From Eledone cirrhosa (lineage: Eukaryota): a stretch of DNA of 64,000 nt. Each line of letters begins with the position of its first letter. Positions within the stretch are counted from its first letter, which is position 1. The stretch is from assembly GCA_964016885.1 (NCBI GenBank), contig OZ024753.1, forward strand, positions 41,416,001 through 41,480,000. Reading direction: 5' to 3'. The position numbers and the translations under genes were made by a program. The notes under the pieces are model-generated. The model was not told the origin of the DNA. It did not search any database and saw only the letters and a program-made list of their open reading frames with translations. Positions 34,401 to 47,765 of this stretch are shown here, in pieces.

Positions 34401-34919
34401 TGGTATAATTTTGTTTGTCGTCCCTTGTGGCCTATAAATGAAATAAATGAAATCATTATTGTGGTTGCTAGTATCGGTAGAGTATCGGACAACATGCTTT
34501 GTGGCATATACTTACGTCCCTTTACAGTCTGAATTCAAATCCTGCCGAGGTTAGCTTTCCCTTTCATCCTTACGGGGTCGATAAAATAAAGTACCAGTAA
34601 TGCACTGGGATAATTGCTGGCCGTGTGCCAAAAGTAGAAATAATTATATATAATGGCACCAAAATAAGTCTTAGAAACTAAAATATTTTTCTTCTTCTTG
34701 GGTTATTCGCTGCCTTGAGGCGGTGGTGAGGTACTGACCAAAATCGAACACCTGAGTCATCACCACCATCATCAACACCACCATCACCACCACCATCATC
34801 AACACCACCATCACCACCATCATCAACACCACCATCAACACCACCATCACCACCATCATCAACACCACCAACACCACCACCATCATCATCACCACCATCA
34901 TCACCAACATCATCACCAT

Positions 34920-35265
34920 CAACATTTTATAACCACTTTTCCCTGCTTGCAAGGGTTGGACGGGTCCTATTCAGTACAGCATATCTCCACTTGTCACGGT
35001 CCTTCATCATCTCCTCCGCCCATGTTTTTCGTGGTCTTCCTCTAATGCGTCATCCTTCTACTGGGATTTCTTGACGCTTCTTTACCCAGCAGTCATCCTC
35101 CATGCGCATCACATGTCCATACCATCACAGTCTTCTCTCCCGCACACTACACCTTATCCCTCTTATACAACATTTCTCTCTCAAATTGTCTATGCTTGGT
35201 TGTTCATGCACATTGACATTGCACATCCAACAGAGCATGCTTGCTTCATTTCTCTCGTCTGGCAC
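34920..35265 (-). mobile_element. RTE LINE 3' fragment with (CAC/CAT)n tail at 34757-34920
   Basis: The - strand encodes RGRPRKTWAEEMMK. Confidence 0.65.
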
Positions 35266-36495
35266 ACATGAGATATGTGGCTCAATTCTCCACAATCGTC
35301 TCTGTCATCTTTTCCATCTCCAGTGGTACGATATATGTCTTATACAAATATTATTTACAGCTATCAACTACTATTATAGTTATCTGTGATGAGGAAACTG
35401 TATAGTATTTTCAAAGTATAAATAGGTTAATTTATTGGTGGTGTAATCTAAGAATCTAATGCATGGTTAAAACACTCTAACAATAGATTATATAATATAG
35501 CTATGACTGCACAATTAAAAACTAACTAAAACGACAACAAGATTATTCGAAACCACGTAAAATCACATGTAAATCTCATAGATACTTTTTCTAAAGATAT
35601 CGTATAACATTATAAACACAATGGTAAATCGTACAGACAATTTAAATAATTAGATCCAACACAAGGAAAATAATACAACAATGGTTTTATTGACTTAAGA
35701 GCTATAAAACTGTTACAAGAGCTATAAAACTGTTACATCTGTGATTTCTAAATGCATTCGGAATTTTAGAGAATGTGTTTACTAGCACGTTTAGCAGCTT
35801 GTATCATGGCGGTGTATTGGTTGAAATGTTAGAGAGCTAGATAGAATGTAAACAGTATGTGTTCCAGTGCTCTAAATATATATATATATATTGTTATACT
35901 TGGGGTGGGTCATATTGTTATAATATTGCCAGAAATAATAACAGAACACACTCACTGTTTGGTTGGTTTTCGCTTCTGTATCTTTTATATCTCCATAGTT
36001 AATTTATTTGGCAATCAATGTTTATCATTGATTGACCAACGGTTAAAAATGCAGATATAAATATATATATATAATCTATCAAAGTTCTTTCGTCGCACAT
36101 CTGCAACATCATCAGTGGTACTATTATGTTTCCTCCTATTGTAATGTGTATATATATATATTTACGTATATATATCCACATGAGCATCTGATGGTGTCAC
36201 ATGGAGACTGACAATGATATAACCGTTGGATGATTAATAATCAGTGTTGCATCATATACATACTTAATTACATCTTACGTATGGTTCACTGTCGATCAGC
36301 TCGAAGAACGATCTGAGGAGCTTCCGATTCCAGAGTCAGGTTGGATCATTAATAGATCGTTCCTCGCGCTGATCAACAGTGAAACATATGTAATATGTAA
36401 TTAAATATGTATATGATGCAACAGATTCTTTGTTCCCTTATATAACCCATGCTAGCGTGGAAAAACGGACGTAAAACGGTGATGATGATGATTAA

Positions 36496-36565
<70 letters not shown>

Positions 36566-36763
36566 TTATTTATTTAGGTTTGTTGGTTCACCACTGGATA
36601 GAACTGGTAATTCCGTATGATCAACCTTGATGTAATATTAGGGAGAGCACTCGACGTAATGCAACTCACCCATCTTTGTTTGTGTTGTTGGTGGTGCGAG
36701 TATGGAGTTAATTATTATAAAATAACAGGAGGCTGGACGGGTGTAATTTCTTAAAGGTTTATT

Positions 36764-36821
36764 ATACTATGATCATTTCAGTGACCGGGTTCAGTATGAA
36801 TCCGGTGACATCATCAGGTAT
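36764..36821 (-). ncRNA. Minimal hammerhead motif, family F2 (within element about 36575-36860)
   Basis: Reverse complement: auac CUGAUGA ugucaccgg...ccggucacu GAA AUG au CAU A guau. Confidence 0.72.
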
Positions 36822-36923
36822 TCGAAATTTAACAAAGGAAAATAATCCATGGGGCTGAAAAGCAGAGACAAGAGGGCGGCCGAACATTTAGCAGCTTCTA
36901 GCCCGGTTAGCCGCCCTCAAGTC

Positions 36924-36991
<68 letters not shown>

Positions 36992-39900
36992 TCACACACA
37001 AAGAAGCATATATATAATTTAGTTTAAAAGTGTTTAGAACTTAATATTAAATATCTCTAATTGAAACTTCCAGGTTTTTCTTTTTAGAAAGACAGCATAA
37101 AAAGTCCTTTGAGCAACTGGTTAATACATAAAGTGCCTAATTTTTGTTATTTTAATTGCCAAGTTCCAACTTAATTACTTCCAAAATGTTTTCAAGAGGT
37201 CGGTAAAACTTTCAGACTCTTAAAATAGTTATCATCAAAGATGATTTGAATGACAGAATCAGTAAAAGAATTTTCATCAAACGAAGTATTTCAACTTTCT
37301 TCAGGATTCTAAAGAAACAATCGTTTTCCCAAGCGTTGAGCAAATTTGGATTTTAAAATTATGTTGGTTTCATTATAAGCTGTTAAAAGTAACATTTGAT
37401 AATTTGTCGAACATGTCCATCTCTGGGGTTTATGTCTAAATTGTCCAACAATTTAATAAGCAAACCTGCCTTTGTAGCAACTTACAATAAGCTAATACAC
37501 TTTCGTAACGCCTTTATAGTTTTAATCCCTCAGATAATTCCATAAAAATAATTACATAAAGACTATATCAAAGACTATATCAGTCATCTTGTTACAATAA
37601 GGTCTTGGGTTCTACCTCTGCATTTGCCTCTGCTACTCTTATATTTCATCCTGTATATCATTTGTACATATGTCGAATTGTTATGCAATTATATCCTAGA
37701 AATTAATTATTAAAATATCATTCTGATCTCCAAAGACTTAATAAACTATAGGGTTTTTCTTATGCAACCCATAAATTTATCAAAACAGCAAATTCCTTAG
37801 TTTGTATGATTGTTCATATATCCAGTATTCGCGGTATATATGGTACACCAATCCTGGACTCTAAACATTAAATACATTCAACAACACCATTGTTATCATT
37901 ATTGACGGCACAGGTACACTAGGAAAATAAGGAATTTAATCAAAATTTAAATTATAATGTATAACTTTGGATCAATCTTAGTGTAGGTGGCACTATAGCA
38001 TATATATATTCTTTGTGAATATATTCTCAAAAATATTTTTTTTAATTCTTAAACCAAAAACTTTATATTCGCTGTTAGGTGTTTTGCATTTAAGACTGAA
38101 TATTAGAATTTAATTTATATATTAAAATTTAATCACTTTTCAAGACATTATCAGGTGAAAAACAAAAACCAATTAAATAATATTAAATTAATAATATCTG
38201 TACAATGTGCTTCTCATCATCTAGACATCACGTGATTCGTTTGTTTATGTAACCTGCACGGAACGAATGTCATTTAATAAAGAAACCATCATTTTATAAA
38301 AACTTTATATAAAATATATAAAAATAAAAATCAATATTGCTGCAGAACAGCTTTATATGGTTGAAACGTAGTTAACTAAGCAAAAAAAAGAAGAATTATG
38401 CATCCAAATACGTTTGCTTAATGGAAATTGTAACATTGATATAATTTAGCTGATCTCAGATATCGTTAAATTCCATTTATCACACAACCATGAAGAAAAT
38501 AACTTAAATGGTCCTGCAACCTAGTAGTACAACTTGGGGAAGATATTATATTACTAGTGAACAACAAATTACAGAATACAGACAGATAAATTACTATAAT
38601 CTAACTATACTAGAATGTTCTGACTTCTAATGAGTCTATCTTATGTTTTTATTGTTGTTGTTTTATTTTTTTTTTGCTTTTATTATTATTATTATTATTA
38701 TTATTAGGATGGTGGATTGGCAGTAATCGATAGTGTCAGACAATATGCTCTGTAGCAAAGTAAAATAAAGTACCAGTAACAGTGAGATTTGAACTCAGAA
38801 CGCAAAGCATGTCCGATGCTCTAACGACCCTGCCAATCCATCACCCTCGCATATATATAGAAACAATGATTTTAACAAGTTTGACTAATTATTTAAAATA
38901 TTCAAGAATTTACTCACAGAAGGATTTTTTTGATCCACGAAATTTCAATACAAAACTTACAAAATATGATTGTAAAATATAATTATATTTAATATTAACA
39001 CGAGGTTAGTTATTCAAAGGAAGATAAAGTTGATTATACCAACCTCGATACTTAACTAATAAAGTACCAGTTATATCATCATCATCCTCATCCTCATCAC
39101 CATTTTACGTCCGTTCTTCCACGCTAGCATGTGTTAGACGGGTTGTCCTATTGTGGGCAGTGTCCAGTCGGCTGACCTTGTCTTGCTCATACGGGAACTG
39201 ATTCTGGCTTGATTTCTACAGCTGGATGCCCTTCCTAACACCAACCACATTTACAGTGAGTGCTGGGTGCTTTTTTTCCGTGGCGCCTACACGTCCACTT
39301 TACAGTGTGGGCTGGGTGCTTTTTTGCCATGGCACCTCCACGACCACTTTGCAGTGGAATGATAGGGACCCCAGTCCTATCATCTCATTTCTACAGCTGA
39401 GTAAACTGGAGCAATGTGAAATAAAGTGTCTTGCTCGAGGAAACACCACATCACCCGGTCCGAGAATTGAACTCACAAACTTTCGATTGCAAGTCCAATG
39501 TTCTAACCACTAAGCCATGCGCCTTCACAGGGGCTGATATTTTTTGACCTTCCCTTCCCTTAAAATTACTGGCCTTGTGTTAATGTTAAAAAAATAATTT
39601 TATTTAACAAACAGACATTGTATGTTTTGTAAATAAACACATTTTGAGTTTTTGACGACATGATTACAAAATATAATACAACTATATCTTTCTTTTATTA
39701 TCTTGTTGTCAAATGTGAAATATTTTCTAAACACCATTTTATGCTGGCGACATGACATGAATATTTGTCATTATTTTTTTCCGATGTTTATTTATTTTTC
39801 AGTTTATATGGCTTTCCGTAAAAAAAGCCATATCAATCTAAGTAATATATATATATATATAAAAAAAACAAAAACGAAAATAACACCTTACAAAATATTC

Positions 39901-40506
39901 TTAAAATAGAACTATAATGAATATGTCATCAACATATGTTTTGAAAATATGCTGAAGGCGTGTTTTATATAAGGATTTTCACCAATCCAGAATAATAAAC
40001 TATCTTCTAAATTCTTCAGAAAAATCTCTTGGAATACTCCATGCATAATTCTACACTGATATAAAGAAATCTCTTATTTGGAAATTTCAAATTTTATTTT
40101 CACTACCTTCTAATTAAACATAATGTCCAAATTTCCTAATTAAATTCTATCTGTAGAGACAAATTATTTTTTTTTTTTAAGAAAGAGTTTACATATGAGT
40201 GGAGTTCTACTGAAGCAGGTGGAGAAGTTCAAGTATCTCAGCGCAGTATTCATACGTGATGGAAGGCAGGAGTCTGAATTAAGTACAGGAATTACAGGAG
40301 CTGTCTCTACTCCTCTAATCCTCTATATTGTGTCCACTCCTTGTCTCCCATGCCACACACTAACCATTTCACCCATTGTTTATTCCAAAAACCACACACC
40401 CACCTTTTTTTTCTGGAATTTTTCCTTCCCGTGTTTGTTTTACAACCATCAAAAATCATTAATAACTAATGTAATTATGTAAAATTATGTAAATTATCTT
40501 TGCCAG

Positions 40507-40617
40507 GACTTTATTGCGAAAGAACATGGGATAATGTGATGTGCTGGCCGGATACTGCAGCAGGGACGACTGCGGTACAACGATGCCCAAACTACATCAA
40601 TAATTTCAACACAGAAG
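40507..40617 (+). CDS. Class B1 GPCR exon, hormone-binding domain: LYCERTWDNVMCWPDTAAGTTAVQRCPNYINNFNTE
   Basis: gccag acceptor and gtattt donor, phase 1 to 1. Carries the family signature CxxxWDxxxCWPxxxxGxxxxxxCP. Confidence 0.95.
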
Positions 40618-41023
40618 GTATTTAGAAACATTAATATCTCTTTTAAAAATAATGTACGAAGCCGAATTCCCGGCTTTTAAGCATTGAGAATATATATATA
40701 TATATTATTAGAGGATTTGCTTTGAAATCACCAGACGTATCTGAGGAACTTGCGAATCCAGAGTCGGGTTCAATCCACAAACAGATCGCACTTCCAGCTG
40801 TTCGCCGGAGAAACAATTGTAATACGTAATACATTGTGTTCCGATGCATCACTGATTCTTCGTTTTCCATATTATTATACTCTGCTCTGAAGGAGCATAG
40901 AGTGCTCAACCGGCATACCGCCTATGGACGCATCCAAGCAACCTTACTACAAATATATATACCAACGAAATCACTAAGACAACAATATTACTAAACCGAC
41001 TACCGTCGGTTTAGGATATATAT

Positions 41024-41099
<76 letters not shown>

Positions 41100-41304
41100 T
41101 AAAAAAATAATGAATAAAACAATGAAACAGTTCCTTATATTAAACAAAAAAAGTTCATTATTTAACGATCGTTTCTAGGACATATATGTGTTAGAATTGG
41201 CATGCATATTCAAAAGATCTATGTACAAAATTATACAAACTATCAAAGAGAATATACATACCATCACATACCATTCTTATTCTTATTTTTCTATTGGATT
41301 TATC

Positions 41305-41405
<101 letters not shown>

Positions 41406-42535
41406 TATAAAGGGTGAAAACCCCCTAAAATACGGAAAAAGGAGTTGCTATCAGTTGCTATGAGGAATCGAACCTTATATCACCTAGATATATATAATAA
41501 TGTGTACCTCATTTCTGACAATCAGCTTCTTCCTTTTCTTCTGCCAGGAGTTGAGACCAACAATTAGTATCAGCAATGGTAAGACAAACGGAAACATTGT
41601 TTCCTTGGTCTGTTCTCACAATCGCCTTTTTTCCATTGTGATTAATAAAGTAAATATTTCTAATAAACTAGAATCCATTAAAACACCAACACTTCACCAT
41701 CACCTCACCTCCATACCATTCCCACCTGTAAAACCTGGTGCAAAATCTCATGAAAACAAATCGTTATTAAAAAAATCATCTGACATGTATAAAATAAACA
41801 AATACTTTTAAGGGAGAGAATGGTTAAACATAAGTTGAAGTAACTTGGAAACGGTGGAATTATATAAGACTCCTTCTTATTTCATGTAATAATTGACAAA
41901 TTGCTTTAAAATATATTAAAAAGAAAATAGACATTTGAAAGTCTTCTTCATCTTCTCCTTTTTCTTCTTCTTCTTCTCCTTCTTCTTCTCCTCCTTCTTC
42001 TTCCTCGTCTTATTCTGCTTTATACTTCTTAAGCTTCTAATCAATTATTGTAATTGGCTGTTTGTTTGTTCTTCCAAATATTAGAAACGACCAAAAGAAA
42101 TGGATGTTTATTGTTTATGTTTAAAACACAATAAAGAACTACAAGATGCTTTTCCATGTTCAGAATGATTGCCTTCTGCAGCTGTGTGTAATTCTATAGA
42201 AAGATCATCGGCTGATAAACAGACTCATTTCAAACAAGATGTCTTCTTGTGATAGATGCCACAAAACAAAACATAAAATTCAACCTAGGAAATTTATTTC
42301 GCAGAAATTCTTTATTAAACTATTTTCCTTGTGTAATTCTATTTGGCTCTAACACCAATCGTGTATGCTTCATTCTAAAGGGAAAGGTAACTTTGGTTTT
42401 ATTTTAATATTATGTTATAATGTTTCTGGTTTAAGCACAAGGTCAGCAATTTTGTGAGAGAGGAAATTCGATTAAATCGTCCCCAATGCATAACTGGTAC
42501 TCATTTTAATACATTTTTAATTGTTTCTGATTTAA

Positions 42536-42747
42536 CCCTTTAGCATTTTCATTACTCTATATTTACTATTATATTTTCTAGTAAAAGCTTTACCTCACAT
42601 GATTAAGTATCGAATCGATGCGATTCTGATGTTATTCATTTTTAGAACAATACCTTAGCATCAGTATGAATGGCCGGCAGCAGCTGGTTTGAACAGAAAG
42701 AGGTGAGAAAATTCTGGCCGGATATGGCCGGTTTAAATGCTAAGGGG
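42536..42747. mobile_element. Non-autonomous piggyBac-type MITE
   Basis: TTAA|CCCTTTAGCATTT ... AAATGCTAAGGGG|TTAA termini with TTAA target duplication. Confidence 0.85.
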
Positions 42748-43486
42748 TTAAATCAGAAACCATTAAAAATGTATTAAAATAAGTACCAGTTATGCATTGG
42801 GATGATTTAATCGACTTTACTCTCTCACAAAATTGTTGGCCTTATGCTTAAACCAAAAATATTATAACATAATATTAAAATAAAACCGAAGTTAGCTTTC
42901 CCTTTAATCTTTATGGGGTCAATAAAATAAAGTACCAGTAATGCAGTGGTGTCAATTGAATCGACATTCTCCCTCCCCGAAAAAAATAAATTCTTGGCCT
43001 TGTGCCTAAATTAGAAACCATTAAGACAAAACATTCGGGTATTCCATGTTCAAATCTGGTTGTTGTTTTTTGTTGACCTACCTATTAAAAACGGTCTTAT
43101 TGAGTGCTACTAAGTAATTTTTGTTGTAAGTAGAACAATTGACATTTCAATTACTATTTTATAACCTTAAAGGAAACATAGAATGATATTTTTGGATGGT
43201 CTGAAGTGGTTCTTGTTCTTTGATTTGGGGTATTTATTAATGGGATGTATTGAAGTAATTTTTTGAATGGAATCGTAAACACAAACAAAATATAAATATG
43301 TAATATATATAATTAGTACTAATTTATTTTCTTACTTCATAATCAAAACAAAATTTATGAGAAAAAAAAACCTTCTTTCAGTAGTAGTCTAAACACGTGT
43401 TTGTACTTATTTTTAATTATGACATATATATATATATATTTTTGTTTTTTTGTTTCAGAAGTTGTTTTCTGTTTATTTCTTTTCAG

Positions 43487-43614
43487 AATTTGCAATTAAA
43501 CATTGTTTACTGAAAGGTCAGTGGTACAGTAGACCAAACAACAACAAAACCTGGACAAATTATACAGAATGTACTACGAAAAATCAACTTAAAAAGATCC
43601 CCGAGATTATTAAG
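43487..43614 (+). CDS. Class B1 GPCR exon, end of ectodomain: (E)FAIKHCLLKGQWYSRPNNNKTWTNYTECTTKNQLKKIPEIIK
   Basis: tttcag acceptor and gtaaat donor, phase 1 to 0. CxxxGxW...WTNYxxC motif. Overlaps track ORF 43450-43704. Confidence 0.95.
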
Positions 43615-44325
43615 GTAAATATCAATGATATTATGATATATGTATACGACATATGTGGAGGTCGATTCCTACAAGTGGTTACAGCTACAAAAAGCCCACT
43701 TTAAAAGATCCCCAAGATTATTAAGGTAAATATCAATAATATTGCGATATACCTATACAACAGATGTTGGGGTTGATTTTTACAGGCAGTCACGTCCACT
43801 TTTTTCCATTGCCTGCCAGGAATAATTTACCCGACTTATTCAACTAATATTTATAGCTCATCTGCGTTGGGGTGGCTTTTCAAATTTCTATTTGTGCTTA
43901 TGTGGGTCTGACATTTTTTAATACCACAAATGGTCCAAATGAAGAAAAGGTTGAGAAACTTTGCTTTAAACATTGCTTTAGCATTATAGCTTTGTTTTAG
44001 AATTAGTTACCTGTACGAGATTATGGAAGGCATGGGCAGAGGTGATGAGAGCTGATCTGAAATAGTTGAAACTCACAGAAGAGATGATGAAGGAATGCAG
44101 CGAGTGGAGAGATGATGTGCTGAAAAGGACCCGTCCAACCCATGCAAGTGTGGAAAAACGCACATAAAAACGACAATGCTGGTGACAGCGGTGATCACGA
44201 TGATCATGATGATCATGATCATGATGAGGATGATGATGATGATTTCTACTGCTATCCCAATATTATGTTTCAAGCAAACCTACTGAACTTACCACATGAG
44301 GAGGTTTGGCGGACTATTACATTAA

Positions 44326-44546
44326 CCCTTTAGCATTTAAACCGGCTATATCCGGCCACAATTCTCTCACCTCTTTCTGTTCAAACTGGCGGTAACTGGT
44401 CGCTCATACTGATGTTAAGGGATTGTTCTCAAAATAAGTAACATCAAAATCTCATAGGTTCAATATTATGTGAGGTAATTATGTAAGATAAAACCTTTAC
44501 CACAAAAACACAACAGTATATATAGAGTAATGTAAATGCTAAAGGG
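44326..44546. mobile_element. piggyBac-type MITE, second copy in the opposite orientation (partial copies at about 52466-52566 and 53139-53250)
   Basis: TTAA|CCCTTTAGCATTT ... AAATGCTAAAGGG|TTAA. Interior is the reverse complement of 42536-42747. Confidence 0.85.
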
Positions 44547-44687
44547 TTAAGTCCTCTTGTTTGAATGAACAGCAAATGTGTCAGTTTATTAAAATATAAT
44601 TATATACGCTATGTTACTAATACTAACACTGATACTGATAATAAGGCTAATATTAATACTAATGTTGACTTACTTTTATATTCCTAG

Positions 44688-44782
44688 GAACATCTTCCCA
44701 GAATCATCATTGTGTCCAATGTTGGATATGGTGTTAGCTTGGTTTCATTGGTCATCGCATGTTTAATCATGCTGTATTTCAG
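44688..44782 (+). CDS. Class B1 GPCR exon, TM1: EHLPRIIIVSNVGYGVSLVSLVIACLIMLYF(R)
   Basis: cctag acceptor and gtacag donor, phase 0 to 2. GYxxSLxxL TM1 motif. Confidence 0.95.
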
Positions 44783-45010
44783 GTACAGTATTCTAACTAT
44801 AATAAAGTAAGGAGTGTGGGACTGCATCCAGAATATATTTTTTTATCCCGTTTGTATCTCTGAGTTCAAATCCCACAAAGATCAACTTTGTCTTTCATCC
44901 TCTCGAGATCGATAAAAAAAAATACCAGTCTAATACTGGAGTCTATTCTTCCTCTATAATTCTTTCACATTTCCACTCTCTCTCCTTCTCTCTTTCTCTC
45001 CTTCTCTCTT

Positions 45011-45063
<53 letters not shown>

Positions 45064-45064
<1 letters not shown>

Positions 45065-45568
45065 TAGCTGAATTACCCGCGCCTTGCTGCATTTCACACA
45101 TTTTTTTGTAAGAAAATAATGATTGATTTTAAATCAGTGATATAATTTATGGAGAAAAACTCTGCATTTCAATATTACTCCATGTAAAATGTAATGCATG
45201 AAAAATTGGAAAACATTATTTTTTGTAATATATCAAATCAAAATTACATTATTAAATCTTATTCTTATTTTGATTCTTGTAAATAATTTTTTTCAAAATA
45301 TCAATTCAAAATTTTTGTGAATAGGCATCATATGTTGTCATTTATCTATGGTTTAAATTTCATATAAATCGAAGGGAAAAGTTTTCAGCGTGGGGTTTGT
45401 GCCCCAAAGGAGCCCTTTGATTAAAATTAAATATACTTATCCAGGTACCCTGGGCAATGTAGTTTCAGAATATATATGGTTATGGGGTCTATCTCCAAAA
45501 CCATAGGAGGTGTTCGTGAACAAACAAACAAACAAACAGGAATACAACTTTATATATATATATATAGA
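45064..45568 (-). mobile_element. Non-autonomous Helitron (partial copy at about 13203-13300)
   Basis: On the - strand it starts A|TC and ends with a GC-rich subterminal patch (gcagcaaggcgcgggt) followed by CTAG|T. Internal (AAAC)n run near the 5' end, as in Lep1-like Helitrons. Confidence 0.65.
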
Positions 45569-45639
45569 TATGGGTGTGTGTATAAAAATATAATTTTAAA
45601 ATTAAAAACTATTCTATTTGTATTTTAATCTCTCTTCAG

Positions 45640-45808
45640 AAAACTCCGATGTCGCAGAAATACAATCCACGTTAATCTGTTTCTCTCATTTATACTGCGA
45701 GCTGCCCTGGCTCTAACTAAAGATCACTTGCTCAAGGAAGGGATTGCTTTTGAAACAGATTTGTATGTAACTAAAGACGGAAACTTTGATTTCATTGAAG
45801 ATAAATCG
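45640..45808 (+). CDS. Class B1 GPCR exon, ICL1-TM2-ECL1: KLRCRRNTIHVNLFLSFILRAALALTKDHLLKEGIAFETDLYVTKDGNFDFIEDKS
   Basis: ttcag acceptor and gtgaga donor, phase 2 to 0. RxLxCxRNxIHxNLFxSFILRA motif. Long ECL1 as in PTHR-type receptors. Confidence 0.97.
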
Positions 45809-46394
45809 GTGAGATTTCATTGTTGGAAATTTTATACCAAGTTCAGTTGTTGTTGTTGGTGTTTTAAGTGTTTTACTTGAAAGTTATATTATATATATAT
45901 TCATTAAAAGAACAGATTAAAGTTTAAGCAAAGAATCGCTGCTTTCACCCTTAATGGGATATATATTTATCCTTATCGAGCCCTCTTTGGATTTTAGTCT
46001 TCGCATTTATTATTATTACTATATATATATATATGTATATGTATATATATATACATACATACAATTAATATAATTGTTTCTACTTTTGGCACAAGGCCAT
46101 CAATTATCGCAGTGTATTACTGGTACTTTATTTTATCGACCCCGTAAAGATGAAAGGCAAAGTTAACCTCGGCAGGATTTGAACTCAAAATGGCAAGGGC
46201 TGTAACTCTATGCTGCAAAGTATGGTGCCTGACCCTCTACCAATACTGCCAATCCACCACCCTAAACATACAATTAATATAATGCTCTGGGATTTAAAAG
46301 AAAAATCTTTCGCAAATGCACTCTTACCATCGCCTTTCCATAAAGACTTGTTACAGTATGGAATTTTTAAAAAAACGCATAACTTCTCACTCCC

Positions 46395-46430
<36 letters not shown>

Positions 46431-46495
46431 CATCATCATCATTTTACATCCGCTTTTCCCTACTTGCAAGGGTGGGACGTGTCCTATTCAGCACA

Positions 46496-46532
<37 letters not shown>

Positions 46533-46536
<4 letters not shown>

Positions 46537-46667
46537 AACAGGTAAGACCCCGACGGCTTGAGCTCAGCCGTCGGGGTCTTACTTGTTCCTATTACCCACT
46601 CTACTACCCTAAGTATTGAGTACTTTGGTGCGTTATGGTCCACCTGGTTCCTTACCACATTTCCTTC

Positions 46668-46670
<3 letters not shown>
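46533..46670. mobile_element. Family F4 element, short copy in the opposite orientation
   Basis: Hairpin at 46533-46591 plus tail ending ttccttcatt. TA-flanked. Confidence 0.7.
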
Positions 46671-46709
<39 letters not shown>

Positions 46710-47608
46710 TCTCTCTCTCTGTCTCTTTCTGTGTATATATATATATATGGCTCTCTCTCTCTCTCTGTCTCTTTCTGTATATATATATATATATATATGG
46801 CTCTCTCTCTTACTATTCCGGCAGTGTTTTACACAAACTCTACACCAGCTTTAATATAATATATTATATTGTTCAATTATTAATCAGAATAATGAAGATT
46901 CTATCGATGAAACATCATGAGTTAATGTTAAATCTTCCATTTCATATTTACTTAAAATGATAAAATGTTTTACAGATTAGTTTACAACGAATTAGATGCA
47001 TGAGATGATGACTTTAATTCCAGCCTTGAAGAGATTCAATTTCATGCAATAAATTAAAGCAATTCATCTATGATTGCTTTTTGTTGACGTCCAGCATTCT
47101 ACCTTCCAAATACAAAGTTGAGAAAAATTAATCAGATATTCTCTAAAGCATGAAGAAATACTATATTGATATTCCAAATAGAATTTTCAAGATTCTAATT
47201 GGAATATATAGAATTGGTCGACCGTATATTATTAAGAAATCAAATATTTAAAAAAAAATATGATAAATGATAATGATCGAAATTTTTGGTTTGATTTTCA
47301 TAAACAAGATATTAAGGCAAACTTTTGAAAATTATGAGCTAAAAGTTCTTATCTCTTCATAAACAATAAAAATCCTATAGATAACCTTGCTTCTTTATAT
47401 ATATATTTTTTTTTTTGCATATTTTGCCTCCCATTGGCCTTCCCTATTTAAATTTTTATTATTTTATTATTATATTGAATATTTTTATATTCACTTATCT
47501 CTGAATATCTGGTTTTTGTGTTTCTCAACTATAAGAAGTACTAGATATTTCCTATAGTCCCTCATGTATTACTATCTAAATCTTGAAATCTTGTACATTT
47601 TCTTTTAG

Positions 47609-47765
47609 CACTGGGAATGCAAGCTGTTTTTCACAATCTTTAACTATACAATGCTTACCAACTATGTGTGGGTTTTCATCGAAGGAATATATCTTCATAT
47701 TTTAATCTATATCTCTGTATTTGCCGAGAATCCAAAGACGAAATGGTACATCATTTCTGGATGGT
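47609..47765 (+). CDS. Class B1 GPCR exon, TM3-ICL2-start of TM4: HWECKLFFTIFNYTMLTNYVWVFIEGIYLHILIYISVFAENPKTKWYIISGW
   Basis: ttttag acceptor and gtaagt donor, phase 0 to 1. CK...NYxWxxxEGxYLH and GW motifs. Confidence 0.97.

Noticed and set aside
37020-38200. Possible old LINE remnant (also about 14340-14900)
   Set aside because: I could not recover a diagnostic protein motif by eye, so it was left unannotated.
43453-43458. Alternative tttcag acceptor 28 nt upstream of the 43487 exon
   Set aside because: Its use would shift the frame relative to the phase-1 upstream exon.
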